DNA of 38,859 bases from an uncultured Methanosarcinales archaeon. GTDB lineage: Archaea > Nanobdellota > Nanobdellia > Woesearchaeales > CAYSVS01. The stretch spans positions 1 to 38,859 of the forward strand of contig CAYSVS010000007.1 in NCBI GenBank assembly GCA_964434475.1. Reading direction: 5' to 3'. Each line of letters opens with the position of its first letter. Within the stretch, counting starts at the first letter, position 1. The notes below the pieces were generated by a model. That model was not told the DNA's origin, did not search any database, and saw only the letters and a program-made list of their open reading frames with translations. Positions 1-9,804 of this stretch are shown in pieces. The translations under genes were made by a program, and so were the position numbers.

Positions 1-101
1 AAGTGTTCAACTACCTAATTTTTTCGGTTTTTAGAAAAATCTGCACAACTCCAGTCAATTCTCAGATACATTTTTAAATAAACTTAGCTAAAATTGATAT
101 A

Positions 102-1223
102 ATGGCTAAAATAGAATCTACTGGCTTTTATTCAAAGAAGATAGGCAAGCTTTGCAATGGATGCAAAGAATGCGTTAAAGGAAAGAAGCTTGTCTTATAT
201 GTTACTGGATTATGTCACAGGGATTGTTATTTTTGTCCTTTGTCAGATAATCGCAAGAATAAAGATATAATCTGGGCAAATGAGATTCCGAATCCTTCTG
301 AAAAACATATAATTGAAGAAGCCAAGCTTTGCAGTGCTTCTGGAGCAGGGATTACAGGCGGAGAGCCTTTAATGAAGCTGGATAGGACTATCAAATATAT
401 CAAAATGCTCAAGAAGAAATTTGGCAAGAAATTCCATATTCATCTTTATTGTTCGCTTGAACTTGTTGAATTTGCAAAATTGAAAGCGTTGTATAATTCA
501 GGACTGGATGAGATAAGGTTCCATCCTGAGCTAGAGGATAGCAAAGACTGGGAAAAGATAATACTTGCAGGAAATTTTGAATGGGATGTTGGAGTTGAAA
601 TACCTGTTATTCCTGGAAAATATGATGAGACTATTGAGCTTGTTGATTTTATCCAAGATAAAGTTAAGTTCTTGAATCTAAATGAATTGGAAATCAGCGA
701 TAACAATGCAAACAAACTTTCTGAAAAAGGTTTTGTTTGTAAAGATAAAATATCTTATGGAATCAAAGATAGTGCTGAAATGGCAGAGAGATTGATGAAA
801 TACTGCATAGAACATAATGATCTTAATGTTCATTTTTGCAGTTGCAAATTGAAGGATAAAGTGCAGCTAGGCAATAGGTTGAAATTGCGCGCAAAGAGTG
901 TAGCTAAAAAATATGATGTAATTACAGAGGATGGGACATTGTTCAGAGGGATCGTATTTTTACCTGATTTGAAGCCAGATATATATCTTAAGAAAAAATT
1001 GAAAAATATGGATAAGAAAAAAATTATCGCTAAATTGGATAAGCTCAAAAAAGAGCTGATGAAAGAGCATGACATTCCTGCTTGTTTAATTGAAGTAGAT
1101 AAGGAAAGATTGCAATTGTTGATTGCTTCTTGGATAATTGATGAGTTAAAATTAGATAATTCTGCAATTATAGAAGAATACCCTACGTATGACAGATTGA
1201 TAGTGAGTTTAAACTATATTTAG
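102..1223 (+). CDS. Archaeal radical SAM protein, function unknown
   Basis: CxxxCxxC motif (CHRDCYFC), ITGGEP, upstream CxxC, and DEIRFHP and NLNELE motifs typical of a conserved archaeal radical SAM family. Confidence 0.85.
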   Translation: MAKIESTGFYSKKIGKLCNGCKECVKGKKLVLYVTGLCHRDCYFCPLSDNRKNKDIIWANEIPNPSEKHIIEEAKLCSASGAGITGGEPLMKLDRTIKYIKMLKKKFGKKFHIHLYCSLELVEFAKLKALYNSGLDEIRFHPELEDSKDWEKIILAGNFEWDVGVEIPVIPGKYDETIELVDFIQDKVKFLNLNELEISDNNANKLSEKGFVCKDKISYGIKDSAEMAERLMKYCIEHNDLNVHFCSCKLKDKVQLGNRLKLRAKSVAKKYDVITEDGTLFRGIVFLPDLKPDIYLKKKLKNMDKKKIIAKLDKLKKELMKEHDIPACLIEVDKERLQLLIASWIIDELKLDNSAIIEEYPTYDRLIVSLNYI

Positions 1224-1260
1224 AAAACTTTATATAATAAATTATTTATTGATGTATATT

Positions 1261-2073
1261 ATGAAAAAAAGAGGGCAGATTACTTTATTCATATTATTAG
1301 GATTGATGATACTTATTTCTTTAGGGATATATTTTATGGTTTCAACTGAGCAGCAAGAGGACATAATGGACGCGCAGTTAATAAGTTTTCTTACACCTAC
1401 AGAGAAAGAAGCTATACTTGCTTATACAAGAGCATGCTTCAGAGCTTCTGCCAGGGAAGCGATAGATAATTTTGGCATACAAGGAGGTTATTTGTATCCT
1501 TCTGATTTTGACAACATAGAGATGTATGGATTCTATATTCCTTATTACCTTTATCAAAACGAGAACATAATGCCTGAACAAAATTATTTTGAAGATGCGC
1601 AATTAAATGACTATATCAAATATAGGACAGAAGATTGCTTAGGAAAATACAAGGAATTTAAGAAAAAAGGATATTATATTTTGGTATTTGATACAAATGT
1701 AGACTCTAGGATTTTAAGTAATGAGATAAAGACTGATTATGATATAGAATTATTAGCGATTAAAGAAAATAAGATTGAAGAAATAAAAGGAAGATTTGAT
1801 TATAATGAAAAGTCAAATGTTAAGGAGATGCTTGATATTGCAGATGATATTGTTGAGAAGCTCAAAGAAGATCCAGATAATTTGGATGTTAATTATTTTT
1901 CAGATCTGAATAAAGGACAATATATTGTAAAATTAACACCATACAGCGTGAATTCAATATTCTACTATGAAGAATATGGGGATTATAATTATATTGTTAC
2001 GATAGAAGACAAGAATAATATTGTTGATGGAGAGCCATACACATTAGCGTTTGGAGCAAGGTTGAAAATATGA
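1261..2073 (+). CDS. Surface protein with a class III (prepilin-like) signal peptide
   Basis: N-terminus MKKRG|QITLFILLGLMILISLGIYF: basic residues, G|Q cleavage site, hydrophobic helix. Start trimmed to ATG 1261; TATA-like TTTATATA near 1229. Confidence 0.7.
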   Translation: MKKRGQITLFILLGLMILISLGIYFMVSTEQQEDIMDAQLISFLTPTEKEAILAYTRACFRASAREAIDNFGIQGGYLYPSDFDNIEMYGFYIPYYLYQNENIMPEQNYFEDAQLNDYIKYRTEDCLGKYKEFKKKGYYILVFDTNVDSRILSNEIKTDYDIELLAIKENKIEEIKGRFDYNEKSNVKEMLDIADDIVEKLKEDPDNLDVNYFSDLNKGQYIVKLTPYSVNSIFYYEEYGDYNYIVTIEDKNNIVDGEPYTLAFGARLKI

Positions 2074-5000
2074 ACATTAAAAAATTAGTTTGGATGATTG
2101 TATTTGTTCTGGTTATATGCAATGTTTATGCTCAGGAGGAAATTAGTTATAGTGAGGTACAAGATAATCCTGAGTTGATATCTGGTTTAAGCGATGAGCA
2201 ATTGATAGATATGGTTGAAAAGAATCCTAGTATGGCGAATGAGTATGTGAATAAGTTCAACAGTGAACAGCTTAATAAGATTGCAGATAAGCTGAATTCT
2301 GACAGCATCCTAGAAAGAAGGAATGATATTAAAGATATTTCTAAACTAAATCAAGATGAACTGAACAAAGCTTGGCAGAAAGAGAATCCAGGTGTTGAGT
2401 TGGATGTTGAGGGGAAAGGAATCAAATGGGGAGAAGATAATATACTTACTTCTGGAAATGATAAACAAGATATGAGCAAAGTACAAGGTGAAGTTATTGG
2501 TGTAAATGTTGATGAATCTGGAAAGATAACATTGATTACAAAAGAAAATGTAGAGATAGAGATAAGCGGCAATGGTGTAAAATATAATCCAGATACAAAA
2601 GAATATACTTCAGGAATCAGTCCTGTGAAGATAAGAGGCGCTGTTGAGAATTCAATAAGGATAAACGGAAAAGAAATTTATACTGCTGAAGATGGAGAGG
2701 TTGAATTTGTCAAAACAAATCAGTATAAAAGCACAGGGAAAGTAAGGATATATGATACTGAAACTAAAACAAATTTCATAAGCAATGAAGGAACCAAGAT
2801 AATAAATTATGGAAGTACAGCAGAAGCTGGCGAAAACGAAATAAACATAGCATTGCAGCAAGACGGCACTTATGATATAAGCTCAAAAGTCGATTGTGAT
2901 ATAGAGTTCTATGACAAAGTTGAGGAAAATTTAATGAAGTTAGGAACAATAAGATTTAAAGATGATAAGGTAGAGCTGCCAAACAAGGATTTTCTTTTGT
3001 CAAGATTTGAAGGAAAAGCTGTTGTTGCAAATGATCTAGAAATTAAAAAGGATGGTACAATCACGTATAAAGGAGAAGTGATAAGTGAAGCCATAAGCAC
3101 TATAGAAAGAAAGATGAGTGCATTAAGGCAAAGGTCATTAGAGAACAAGCAAAGACTATTAGGCTTGGATAAAGAAGATATGATTACTCTTGCAAAAATG
3201 AGAGGTTTTGATATAGATGAAAGTACGCCAGATGAAGTATTAAGAGAATATACATTAGGAGTAAATACAGACAAATACGAAGAATCAGGAATAAGCTTTG
3301 AAGATTACTTAGATATAAAGAATTCTGTGCTTAATGAATACAGCAAGACACAGCATCTAGTGGATAAAGCTGTTGAAGATATGCTTGGAAAGGTTGCAGT
3401 TGAGACAAAAGAAGACAAAGCAATATCTATAATTGTAGATGGAGAAAAATATTTGCCAGATAAAGACGGAAATTTCTTGATACAAGGACGAGAGTTTACG
3501 CAAGATGATCTAGCAAAAGATGGAAAAACAGAAATAGCAACATCATTAGCGAAATTGCAGACAACTTTAGACTATGCAGAACAAAGAGAAAAAACAGAAA
3601 AAGTTTTGGTTGAATTATTGGGTGCTGAAAAAAATGCAGATGGAGATTATGTATTTACATCAGAATTTGAGAATGAGAATGGAGAAGTTATCAATACAGT
3701 GACAAAAAAAGTTGATGATCTTTTGGGTTATCAAAAGATATATGGAATTAAGAATCAAGAAGCTGCTAAACAACAAGATGCATTTATTTCTGACAGCCAA
3801 ACAATAAAAGATATGGGAGTTACTAAAGATAATCTTGTTGATTACAATAAGTATGGAGAACTATGGAAATTGGCTTACGAGAGTACTAATGAGGAAGAAT
3901 TTAAAATAAAAGATACAAACGGCAAACTTATAGATCTAGCATTCTTAAGTTCGCATGGAACAGACAAGGGAATTTCTTTCATCTATGATGATGGAACAAG
4001 AGTAAATTATGACTTAGACAAATCTACAGGAGAATTTAAGATAACAGATGATACAAGCAATAAAAGAAGGATATACATCAAGGATCAAGCGATAAATAAT
4101 ATAATGAAGTCTTCTGATTTAAAAAATATGCCTTTTGAAGCGTGGACAACTGCACCAAGCGAAGTAAAAAGTTCTATGACAAGTCTTATGCTAAATATGA
4201 TGGCAGATGCAGAAGGAGAATCTGAATTAAACCTTGCAGAAGAATTTAAAAATAAAAATATAGAGACTAAATTAGAAGGCAGTGAAATTCTTGCATATTT
4301 TCAAAGAGAAGATGCGTCAAATGAGTATGGTTCAATGTTAAGGTTTCATAGTGATGATTCGGATGTAGTTGCAGCAGAGGTAAAAAGAACCAAAGATCAA
4401 AGAGGATTGACTTATTTAGATAATCTGGGTAAAGAAACAACCACAATAGAAGAAGAAACCTCAATTAGCTTCAATAATGGAGATATAGTACAAACAGAAG
4501 ACACAACAATAATACAAGGAGACGGATTAAGCTATTGGGACACATTGCTTGAAAATTATGATACTGCAGAAGTTACTTTGTCAATAAATGATAAACCAAA
4601 AGCAATAGTCAGTGAAGAAAATGCGGAAGTTATAGATGTTTTGGAAGAAAATAATGATGTTGAAGTTAAAGTTGAAGTTAAGGAAGAACCGAAAATACCG
4701 GAAGAAAACAAGGAAAACGTTAAGTTCGAAGCTACATATGATGGTGGAGAGGTTTCAGGAAAGACTGATGTTGATAGTACACAGAATAAGAAACAACAAA
4801 TACAAGAAAAGGTTAAGACATTGACAAAAGAAGAAACAGTAAAGGTTAATGATGTTCAACCTAGCGGAAGTTCAGGGACTAGTGTTGTGCAGACACCGAA
4901 CGATGAAGTTCTTGTAAAGTATACAGTTCCAGGTTGGGCGGGACAACTTAAATTAGTAAATAAACTGATCCCAAAACTTCAAGAAAAGTTTCCTTATCAA

Positions 5001-5261
5001 ACATTTGGAATGTTTGGTCAAGAAAAGAAAAATATAGTACTAGCGTTGAGGGACATAGCATCTGAAAAAGATAGCTGGTTAGGAATTAATTGGGATAAAA
5101 TATACAAACCAGAAGCTACAAGTTTCAAAATAGAAATATCAGATAATTCTGCGCAAGCAATATATACACTTAAAAATAAAAGAACTATTATTGAAAAAGA
5201 CATCCCAATAGAATCAGCACGCAATTATCAAAAATTCCATAATGAATGGGTAGACATCTAA
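2070..5261 (+). CDS. Large secreted acidic hypothetical protein (1063 aa)
   Basis: Sec signal peptide ending VYA|QEE; ATGA overlap with the upstream gene; no recognisable catalytic motif. Confidence 0.75.
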   Translation: MNIKKLVWMIVFVLVICNVYAQEEISYSEVQDNPELISGLSDEQLIDMVEKNPSMANEYVNKFNSEQLNKIADKLNSDSILERRNDIKDISKLNQDELNKAWQKENPGVELDVEGKGIKWGEDNILTSGNDKQDMSKVQGEVIGVNVDESGKITLITKENVEIEISGNGVKYNPDTKEYTSGISPVKIRGAVENSIRINGKEIYTAEDGEVEFVKTNQYKSTGKVRIYDTETKTNFISNEGTKIINYGSTAEAGENEINIALQQDGTYDISSKVDCDIEFYDKVEENLMKLGTIRFKDDKVELPNKDFLLSRFEGKAVVANDLEIKKDGTITYKGEVISEAISTIERKMSALRQRSLENKQRLLGLDKEDMITLAKMRGFDIDESTPDEVLREYTLGVNTDKYEESGISFEDYLDIKNSVLNEYSKTQHLVDKAVEDMLGKVAVETKEDKAISIIVDGEKYLPDKDGNFLIQGREFTQDDLAKDGKTEIATSLAKLQTTLDYAEQREKTEKVLVELLGAEKNADGDYVFTSEFENENGEVINTVTKKVDDLLGYQKIYGIKNQEAAKQQDAFISDSQTIKDMGVTKDNLVDYNKYGELWKLAYESTNEEEFKIKDTNGKLIDLAFLSSHGTDKGISFIYDDGTRVNYDLDKSTGEFKITDDTSNKRRIYIKDQAINNIMKSSDLKNMPFEAWTTAPSEVKSSMTSLMLNMMADAEGESELNLAEEFKNKNIETKLEGSEILAYFQREDASNEYGSMLRFHSDDSDVVAAEVKRTKDQRGLTYLDNLGKETTTIEEETSISFNNGDIVQTEDTTIIQGDGLSYWDTLLENYDTAEVTLSINDKPKAIVSEENAEVIDVLEENNDVEVKVEVKEEPKIPEENKENVKFEATYDGGEVSGKTDVDSTQNKKQQIQEKVKTLTKEETVKVNDVQPSGSSGTSVVQTPNDEVLVKYTVPGWAGQLKLVNKLIPKLQEKFPYQTFGMFGQEKKNIVLALRDIASEKDSWLGINWDKIYKPEATSFKIEISDNSAQAIYTLKNKRTIIEKDIPIESARNYQKFHNEWVDI

Positions 5262-5267
5262 TAACGC

Positions 5268-6032
5268 CTACTTGAACGTAGTTCCATCAAACTTCATCAC
5301 AAGCAGTTGGTTGTTCTGATCTTTTATGAATATGTAATTAAACATATGATCTGTTGAAACTGACCTAGGATCACGTTTCTCAACGCCTCTTGTAACATAA
5401 ATATTATTCAACTGAGGAAAATCTTCGCTTAGAACATATACTAATCCTTGAACAATGTTCGTCCTATCAGTACAGATTAATCCTTCCCATTTTGCACGGC
5501 AAAGCATTCCATGAAGGCTACTTTTCTTATCAATACCTAATCTTTTATAATATTCAGGATCTTTTAAAAACTCTTTTTTCCTATCAGGATCTTTAATCAT
5601 ATTTAGATAATCATTGAACAAAAGAGAATTGTGCATCTGCGCAACACCTGTCGCTCTTACAGGGTCATCAGGAACACCTTTTACATAATCCATAATTATC
5701 TTAAGTATATCAGTATATGATTTGTTTCTCATCCTTCTTTTTTTCAGTACATTATTATAGAAGAAATCCTTTACAAATTTTGCATCTTCATATTCCTCAT
5801 GAAACGCCTTTTCCAATCCTGCAGAATACTTAGGAGTTACTCCTTTGAGATCATCTAGGCTATCTATTTTTTTTGCATTGCCGTAAAAGTTAAGGATATT
5901 GTCAAATTCATTCATAACAAATTCAACACTCTCCACTTTATGTTTTGTTTTAACCGGCTCTTTAGCGTATAAACTATTCAAAGCGCCTAGTCCAATAAAT
6001 CCTGCCATTAGAGCATATTGTTTTATGTTCAT
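5268..6032 (-). CDS. Secreted protein with a putative transglutaminase-like Cys-His-Asp domain
   Basis: Signal peptide; GLICTDR, DHMFNYI and FDGT motifs in the order and spacing of the transglutaminase-like triad. Confidence 0.55.
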   Translation of the reverse strand: MNIKQYALMAGFIGLGALNSLYAKEPVKTKHKVESVEFVMNEFDNILNFYGNAKKIDSLDDLKGVTPKYSAGLEKAFHEEYEDAKFVKDFFYNNVLKKRRMRNKSYTDILKIIMDYVKGVPDDPVRATGVAQMHNSLLFNDYLNMIKDPDRKKEFLKDPEYYKRLGIDKKSSLHGMLCRAKWEGLICTDRTNIVQGLVYVLSEDFPQLNNIYVTRGVEKRDPRSVSTDHMFNYIFIKDQNNQLLVMKFDGTTFK

Positions 6033-6111
6033 TAACTATATAGTAGTAACACACCTTTATAAACTTTTCGGTTTGTCGAGAGTGTATAATACACATACAG
6101 AGGCTATAACC

Positions 6112-7119
6112 TTGAAATTAAGCCATTTCAACTACCATTTGCCAAGCGAATTAGTGGCTCAGAAGCCAATCCACAAAAGATCAGAATCAAGACTATTTGC
6201 TTACATAAACAAAGAATTTGAGCATAAAAAATTCAAAGACATTCTTGATTACTTAGAAAAAGGAGACACATTAGTTCTGAACAACAGCAAAGTAATTCCT
6301 GCAAAGATATATGGTAAAAAAGTATCTGGAGGAAAAGTAGAGATTCTGCTTTTGAAAAAATTAAGCTCAAAGAAATGGAAAGCACTGATAAAAGCAAAGA
6401 ATATGCAGCAAGGCTCTAAGATCATACTTAACAAAGATTTGTATTGTACAATACTTGACAAAGAATACGAGATTATTGTTGAATTCAACAAACCTATAAC
6501 AAGCTACATAAAAAAGCACGGAGAGATGCCTGTTCCACCATACATCAAACAAAAGTTAAAGCAGCAGCATAGATATCAAACAGTGTATGCTAATTCAAAA
6601 AAACAAGGTTCAGCAGCAGCACCTACTGCAGGATTGCACTTTACAAAACAATTGCTGGATAAGATAAAGAAAAAAGGAGTCAATGTATGTTACATCACAT
6701 TACACGTTGGATTAGGTACGTTCTTGCCAGTAAAAGTAAATGATATCAAAGAGCATAAGATGCACAGCGAATATTTTGAGATAAGTGAAAAAACCGCTGA
6801 AACAATAAACAAGACAAAAGGAGATGTTTATGCTGTAGGCACAACAACTTTGAGAACTTTAGAAAGCGCTTCTGATGAAAATGGAAACATCAAAGCAGGC
6901 TCTAGATCTACAGACATCTTCATCTACCCAGGATATAAATTCAAGTCAAAAGTTAAGTTTCTTATAACTAATTTCCATCTTCCAAAATCTACATTGTTGA
7001 TGCTTGTGAGCGCGTTCAAAGGCAGGAAAGAGATGATGAAAGCATACAAAGAGGCGATCAAGCAAAAGTACAGATTCTTTAGTTTAGGAGATGCTATGCT
7101 CATCAACAGAAAATATTAA
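6112..7119 (+). CDS. queA: S-adenosylmethionine:tRNA ribosyltransferase-isomerase
   Basis: TTG start gives (M)KLSHFNYHLPSELVAQKP; motifs PVPPYI, YQTVYA, AAAPTAGLHFT, TLHVGLGTF, MHSE, AVGTT, TNFHLPKSTL, YRFFSLGDAM. Confidence 0.97.
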   Translation: MKLSHFNYHLPSELVAQKPIHKRSESRLFAYINKEFEHKKFKDILDYLEKGDTLVLNNSKVIPAKIYGKKVSGGKVEILLLKKLSSKKWKALIKAKNMQQGSKIILNKDLYCTILDKEYEIIVEFNKPITSYIKKHGEMPVPPYIKQKLKQQHRYQTVYANSKKQGSAAAPTAGLHFTKQLLDKIKKKGVNVCYITLHVGLGTFLPVKVNDIKEHKMHSEYFEISEKTAETINKTKGDVYAVGTTTLRTLESASDENGNIKAGSRSTDIFIYPGYKFKSKVKFLITNFHLPKSTLLMLVSAFKGRKEMMKAYKEAIKQKYRFFSLGDAMLINRKY

Positions 7120-7147
7120 ATAATCCTAATGCTTATTCTATCTTAAA

Positions 7148-7306
7148 ATGGACGATAGAGAAAAACACGAAAAATTTATCCAGGAAATGCTTGAAAAAGC
7201 TGAGAAAAAAGACAAAGCTAAGCCGCAAACAAGATATGATAATGTAGATGAGAAAGAAGTAGAGAAAAACATGAAAGATATCATGGAAAAGCTTCAGAAA
7301 GGTTGA
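7148..7306 (+). CDS. Small charged hypothetical protein (52 aa)
   Basis: Hand translation MDDREKHEKFIQEMLEKAEKKDKAKPQTRYDNVDEKEVEKNMKDIMEKLQKG*; starts 28 nt after queA on the same strand; below the ORF-track size cutoff. Confidence 0.5.
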   Translation: MDDREKHEKFIQEMLEKAEKKDKAKPQTRYDNVDEKEVEKNMKDIMEKLQKG

Positions 7307-7570
7307 AATGACAAAAAAAGGCTTTTGTTGATTGATTTGCAATAGGCAGAAGTATTTTTGGAATTATCGCCACCATATTACTCATTCTTAAGATATTCGG
7401 CGTTATGTAAAAAAATTACAGCTTTAGATATAATCGCATTTATCATGGCTGGTGCGCGGATAATGAATAGCATAATAAAATATAGGAACAGAAATATCTA
7501 ATCAAGAATAAAATATACAATATTTATTTTTTTGGATTTATTCCTAAAACTTATTGACAATAAAAAAAAC

Positions 7571-8107
7571 CTAATGCATAGAATACAAACAGCCACAATA
7601 CTTTTGCCTGTATAGCTTATATTTCTTGCTTAATTCTATGCTTTTCTTATAGCCCTGCTTTTTCTTGAAATCATCATCTATAAACTCAATACCATACTCT
7701 TCTGCTATCTTATTTCCTAATTTTACGATAAGGAAATGGTTTTTATATGGACTAATGGACAATGTGGTGGTAAAAGCGTCAAAACCATTATCTTTTGCAA
7801 ATCTTGCAGCAGTATCAAGCCGCATATCAAAGCAAACTTCACATCTTTTGCCGCCTTCAGGCTCATTTTCCATTCCTTCTGTTTTTTTAAACCAAACACC
7901 ATCATCCTGCTCATGTATATAAAGCTCTAGACCATATATATCTGCTATCTTCTTTACATACTTTAGCCGCTTATTCCATTCTTTTTTAGGATGTATATTA
8001 GGATTATAGAAAAATAAGCTAAGATCAAACTTATCCTTTAGCCTTTCGATAACTTCAGTCGCACACGGACCACAGCATACATGCAATAGTAGTTTCTGTT
8101 TTTCCAT
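7571..8107 (-). CDS. queH: Epoxyqueuosine reductase QueH (DUF208 family)
   Basis: LLLHVCCGPC, FFYNPNIHP, EPEGGKRCEVC, FTTTLSISPYK, LYRQKYCGC. Confidence 0.95.
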   Translation of the reverse strand: MEKQKLLLHVCCGPCATEVIERLKDKFDLSLFFYNPNIHPKKEWNKRLKYVKKIADIYGLELYIHEQDDGVWFKKTEGMENEPEGGKRCEVCFDMRLDTAARFAKDNGFDAFTTTLSISPYKNHFLIVKLGNKIAEEYGIEFIDDDFKKKQGYKKSIELSKKYKLYRQKYCGCLYSMH

Positions 8108-8164
8108 AGACTCAAGAATTAGCAAAACGTTTTTAAATCTTATGCATAACATGTAAAGATAATC

Positions 8165-9019
8165 ATGAAAAAATATACTCTTATTTATAATCCTGCTGCA
8201 GGCAAAGGCAATGCAAAAAAGCTATTGCCTAAAATAATCCATTTTTTTAGATTGAACAACATCAGATTAGATATATATGAAGCACAAACAACAGAACAAG
8301 CTACTTACATTGCAAAAAAACAAAAAAATAAAGTTATTATAGGTATGGGCGGAGATGGAAATATTAACAGGTTGCTTCAGGGTATTGCAGGAACTAACAA
8401 AATATTAGGAATAATCCCTATAGGCACAACAAACGTTACAGCACTTAGTTTAGGGATTCCTTTAGATGTAATAGAAGCATGCAAGACAATAAGAAACAAT
8501 AAAACAAAAAAAATAGATATAGGCAAAGTTAATGACAAATATTTCCTTTTCAGCTCAGGCATAGGATTTGATGCGTATGTTGTTTCGAAAGCAAGTAAAA
8601 GATTAAAGAAGTTGATAGGAAAATCATCTTACCTAATATCTGCATTCAAGGCTTTGTTGTTCTATAAACCTGGCAAATTTCTGGTAAATGAGAAAAAAGC
8701 AAGATTTGTAATAATCAATAATTCCAAATATTACGGAGGCAAACATATATTAGCAAAGGATGCAAAGATGGATGATGGATTATTCGACGTAATAATATTT
8801 AAAAAAAGAGTAAAATGGAATCTTTTGAAAATTCTTATAGGATATTGTTTAAGTTACATTCCTGATTTCAGCAAAAAAAAAGATTTGGAGCTGTTTAAAG
8901 CAAAAGAGATAATAATAGCAACAGAAAAACCTGAATTAGTGCATACTGATGCAGAATCAAGCGGAACAACGCCCTGCAGGATAAACATAATACAAAAAGG
9001 TATCAAGATATTTGCTTGA
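8165..9019 (+). CDS. Diacylglycerol/lipid kinase family protein (YegS/BmrU-like)
   Basis: IYNPAAGKG, GMGGDG, IPIGTTN, GIGFDA, YYGG, DDGLFDV. Confidence 0.9.
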   Translation: MKKYTLIYNPAAGKGNAKKLLPKIIHFFRLNNIRLDIYEAQTTEQATYIAKKQKNKVIIGMGGDGNINRLLQGIAGTNKILGIIPIGTTNVTALSLGIPLDVIEACKTIRNNKTKKIDIGKVNDKYFLFSSGIGFDAYVVSKASKRLKKLIGKSSYLISAFKALLFYKPGKFLVNEKKARFVIINNSKYYGGKHILAKDAKMDDGLFDVIIFKKRVKWNLLKILIGYCLSYIPDFSKKKDLELFKAKEIIIATEKPELVHTDAESSGTTPCRINIIQKGIKIFA

Positions 9020-9440
9020 TGAATTCCTCTTCAGATATAGTATCTACATTTTGGGAAATTGCAGCTAAACTTTTTTTCAGGTGTTTATCTCCTTCGATAA
9101 TCTTTGAATGAGTATAGGGATAGATTATCCATTTTTTATCCATACTAGAAAAAGGGTTTAAAAAGAATATACTCAAATTCTGCATCTTTTTCAGCTTTGT
9201 CCAATTTTTGATTATCAAAGCCAAATTTTGCTTGTTGTTAAGCAGAACATATGTTATATATCCTTTATCAAGATTATCAAAATCAGGAAGATCAAAAATA
9301 TATATATGAATCTTATCAGTATAAACAACTTTTATACCCTTATCTACATCTTTGATCTCCTGGATATTATTAAGAATAATGTCTCTATTCTCAAGATATA
9401 TCTTTATCCAGTCTTTCAGGTAAGATTTGATATCTTTCAT
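9003..9440 (-). CDS. Hypothetical protein
   Basis: 145-aa ORF with protein-like composition, ATGA-coupled to the upstream zinc-ribbon gene. Confidence 0.7.
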   Translation of the reverse strand: MKDIKSYLKDWIKIYLENRDIILNNIQEIKDVDKGIKVVYTDKIHIYIFDLPDFDNLDKGYITYVLLNNKQNLALIIKNWTKLKKMQNLSIFFLNPFSSMDKKWIIYPYTHSKIIEGDKHLKKSLAAISQNVDTISEEEFIKQIS

Positions 9441-9601
9441 ATTACGTCGCTTGCTTTCTCAAGCTTTGTTTCATCTTCTTCAGACAATTCTTCAAAAATA
9501 TGTCCGCAATCTTTGCATATCAAACCATGCTCTGATTCTGAATAATGTACATTATCGCTGCCACACATAGGGCATTTGTCCAATTTCTCTTGTTTATCCA
9601 T
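9437..9601 (-). CDS. Small TFIIB-type zinc-ribbon protein (54 aa)
   Basis: Hand translation MDKQEKLDKCPMCGSDNVHYSESEHGLICKDCGHIFEELSEEDETKLEKASDVI*; strong SD GAGGTGA upstream; absent from the ORF track. Confidence 0.85.
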   Translation of the reverse strand: MDKQEKLDKCPMCGSDNVHYSESEHGLICKDCGHIFEELSEEDETKLEKASDVI

Positions 9602-9804
9602 TGGCTCACCTCAACAAGTAAAAAGAATAAAGGGATTTATTAATTTTTTGATTACTTGATGATTTCATCTATAATATATCCAGAATTAACGCATTCTCTT
9701 AGATCAGTTACAGAACCTAAGCCCAAGCCGATCCAGTCGAAATAATCCTTTTTTCCTGAATATAAAGGACTGTTTTTCGCCCTGCTTTAACCAACATTAA
9801 AATC

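Noticed and set aside
5899..6111. N-terminal extension of QueA in the ORF track
   Set aside because: Overlaps the divergent gene; homology starts at TTG 6112
9651..9800. Short minus-strand open frame (...DYFDWIGLGLGSVTDLRECVNSGYIIDEIIK*)
   Set aside because: No convincing start and no recognisable motif
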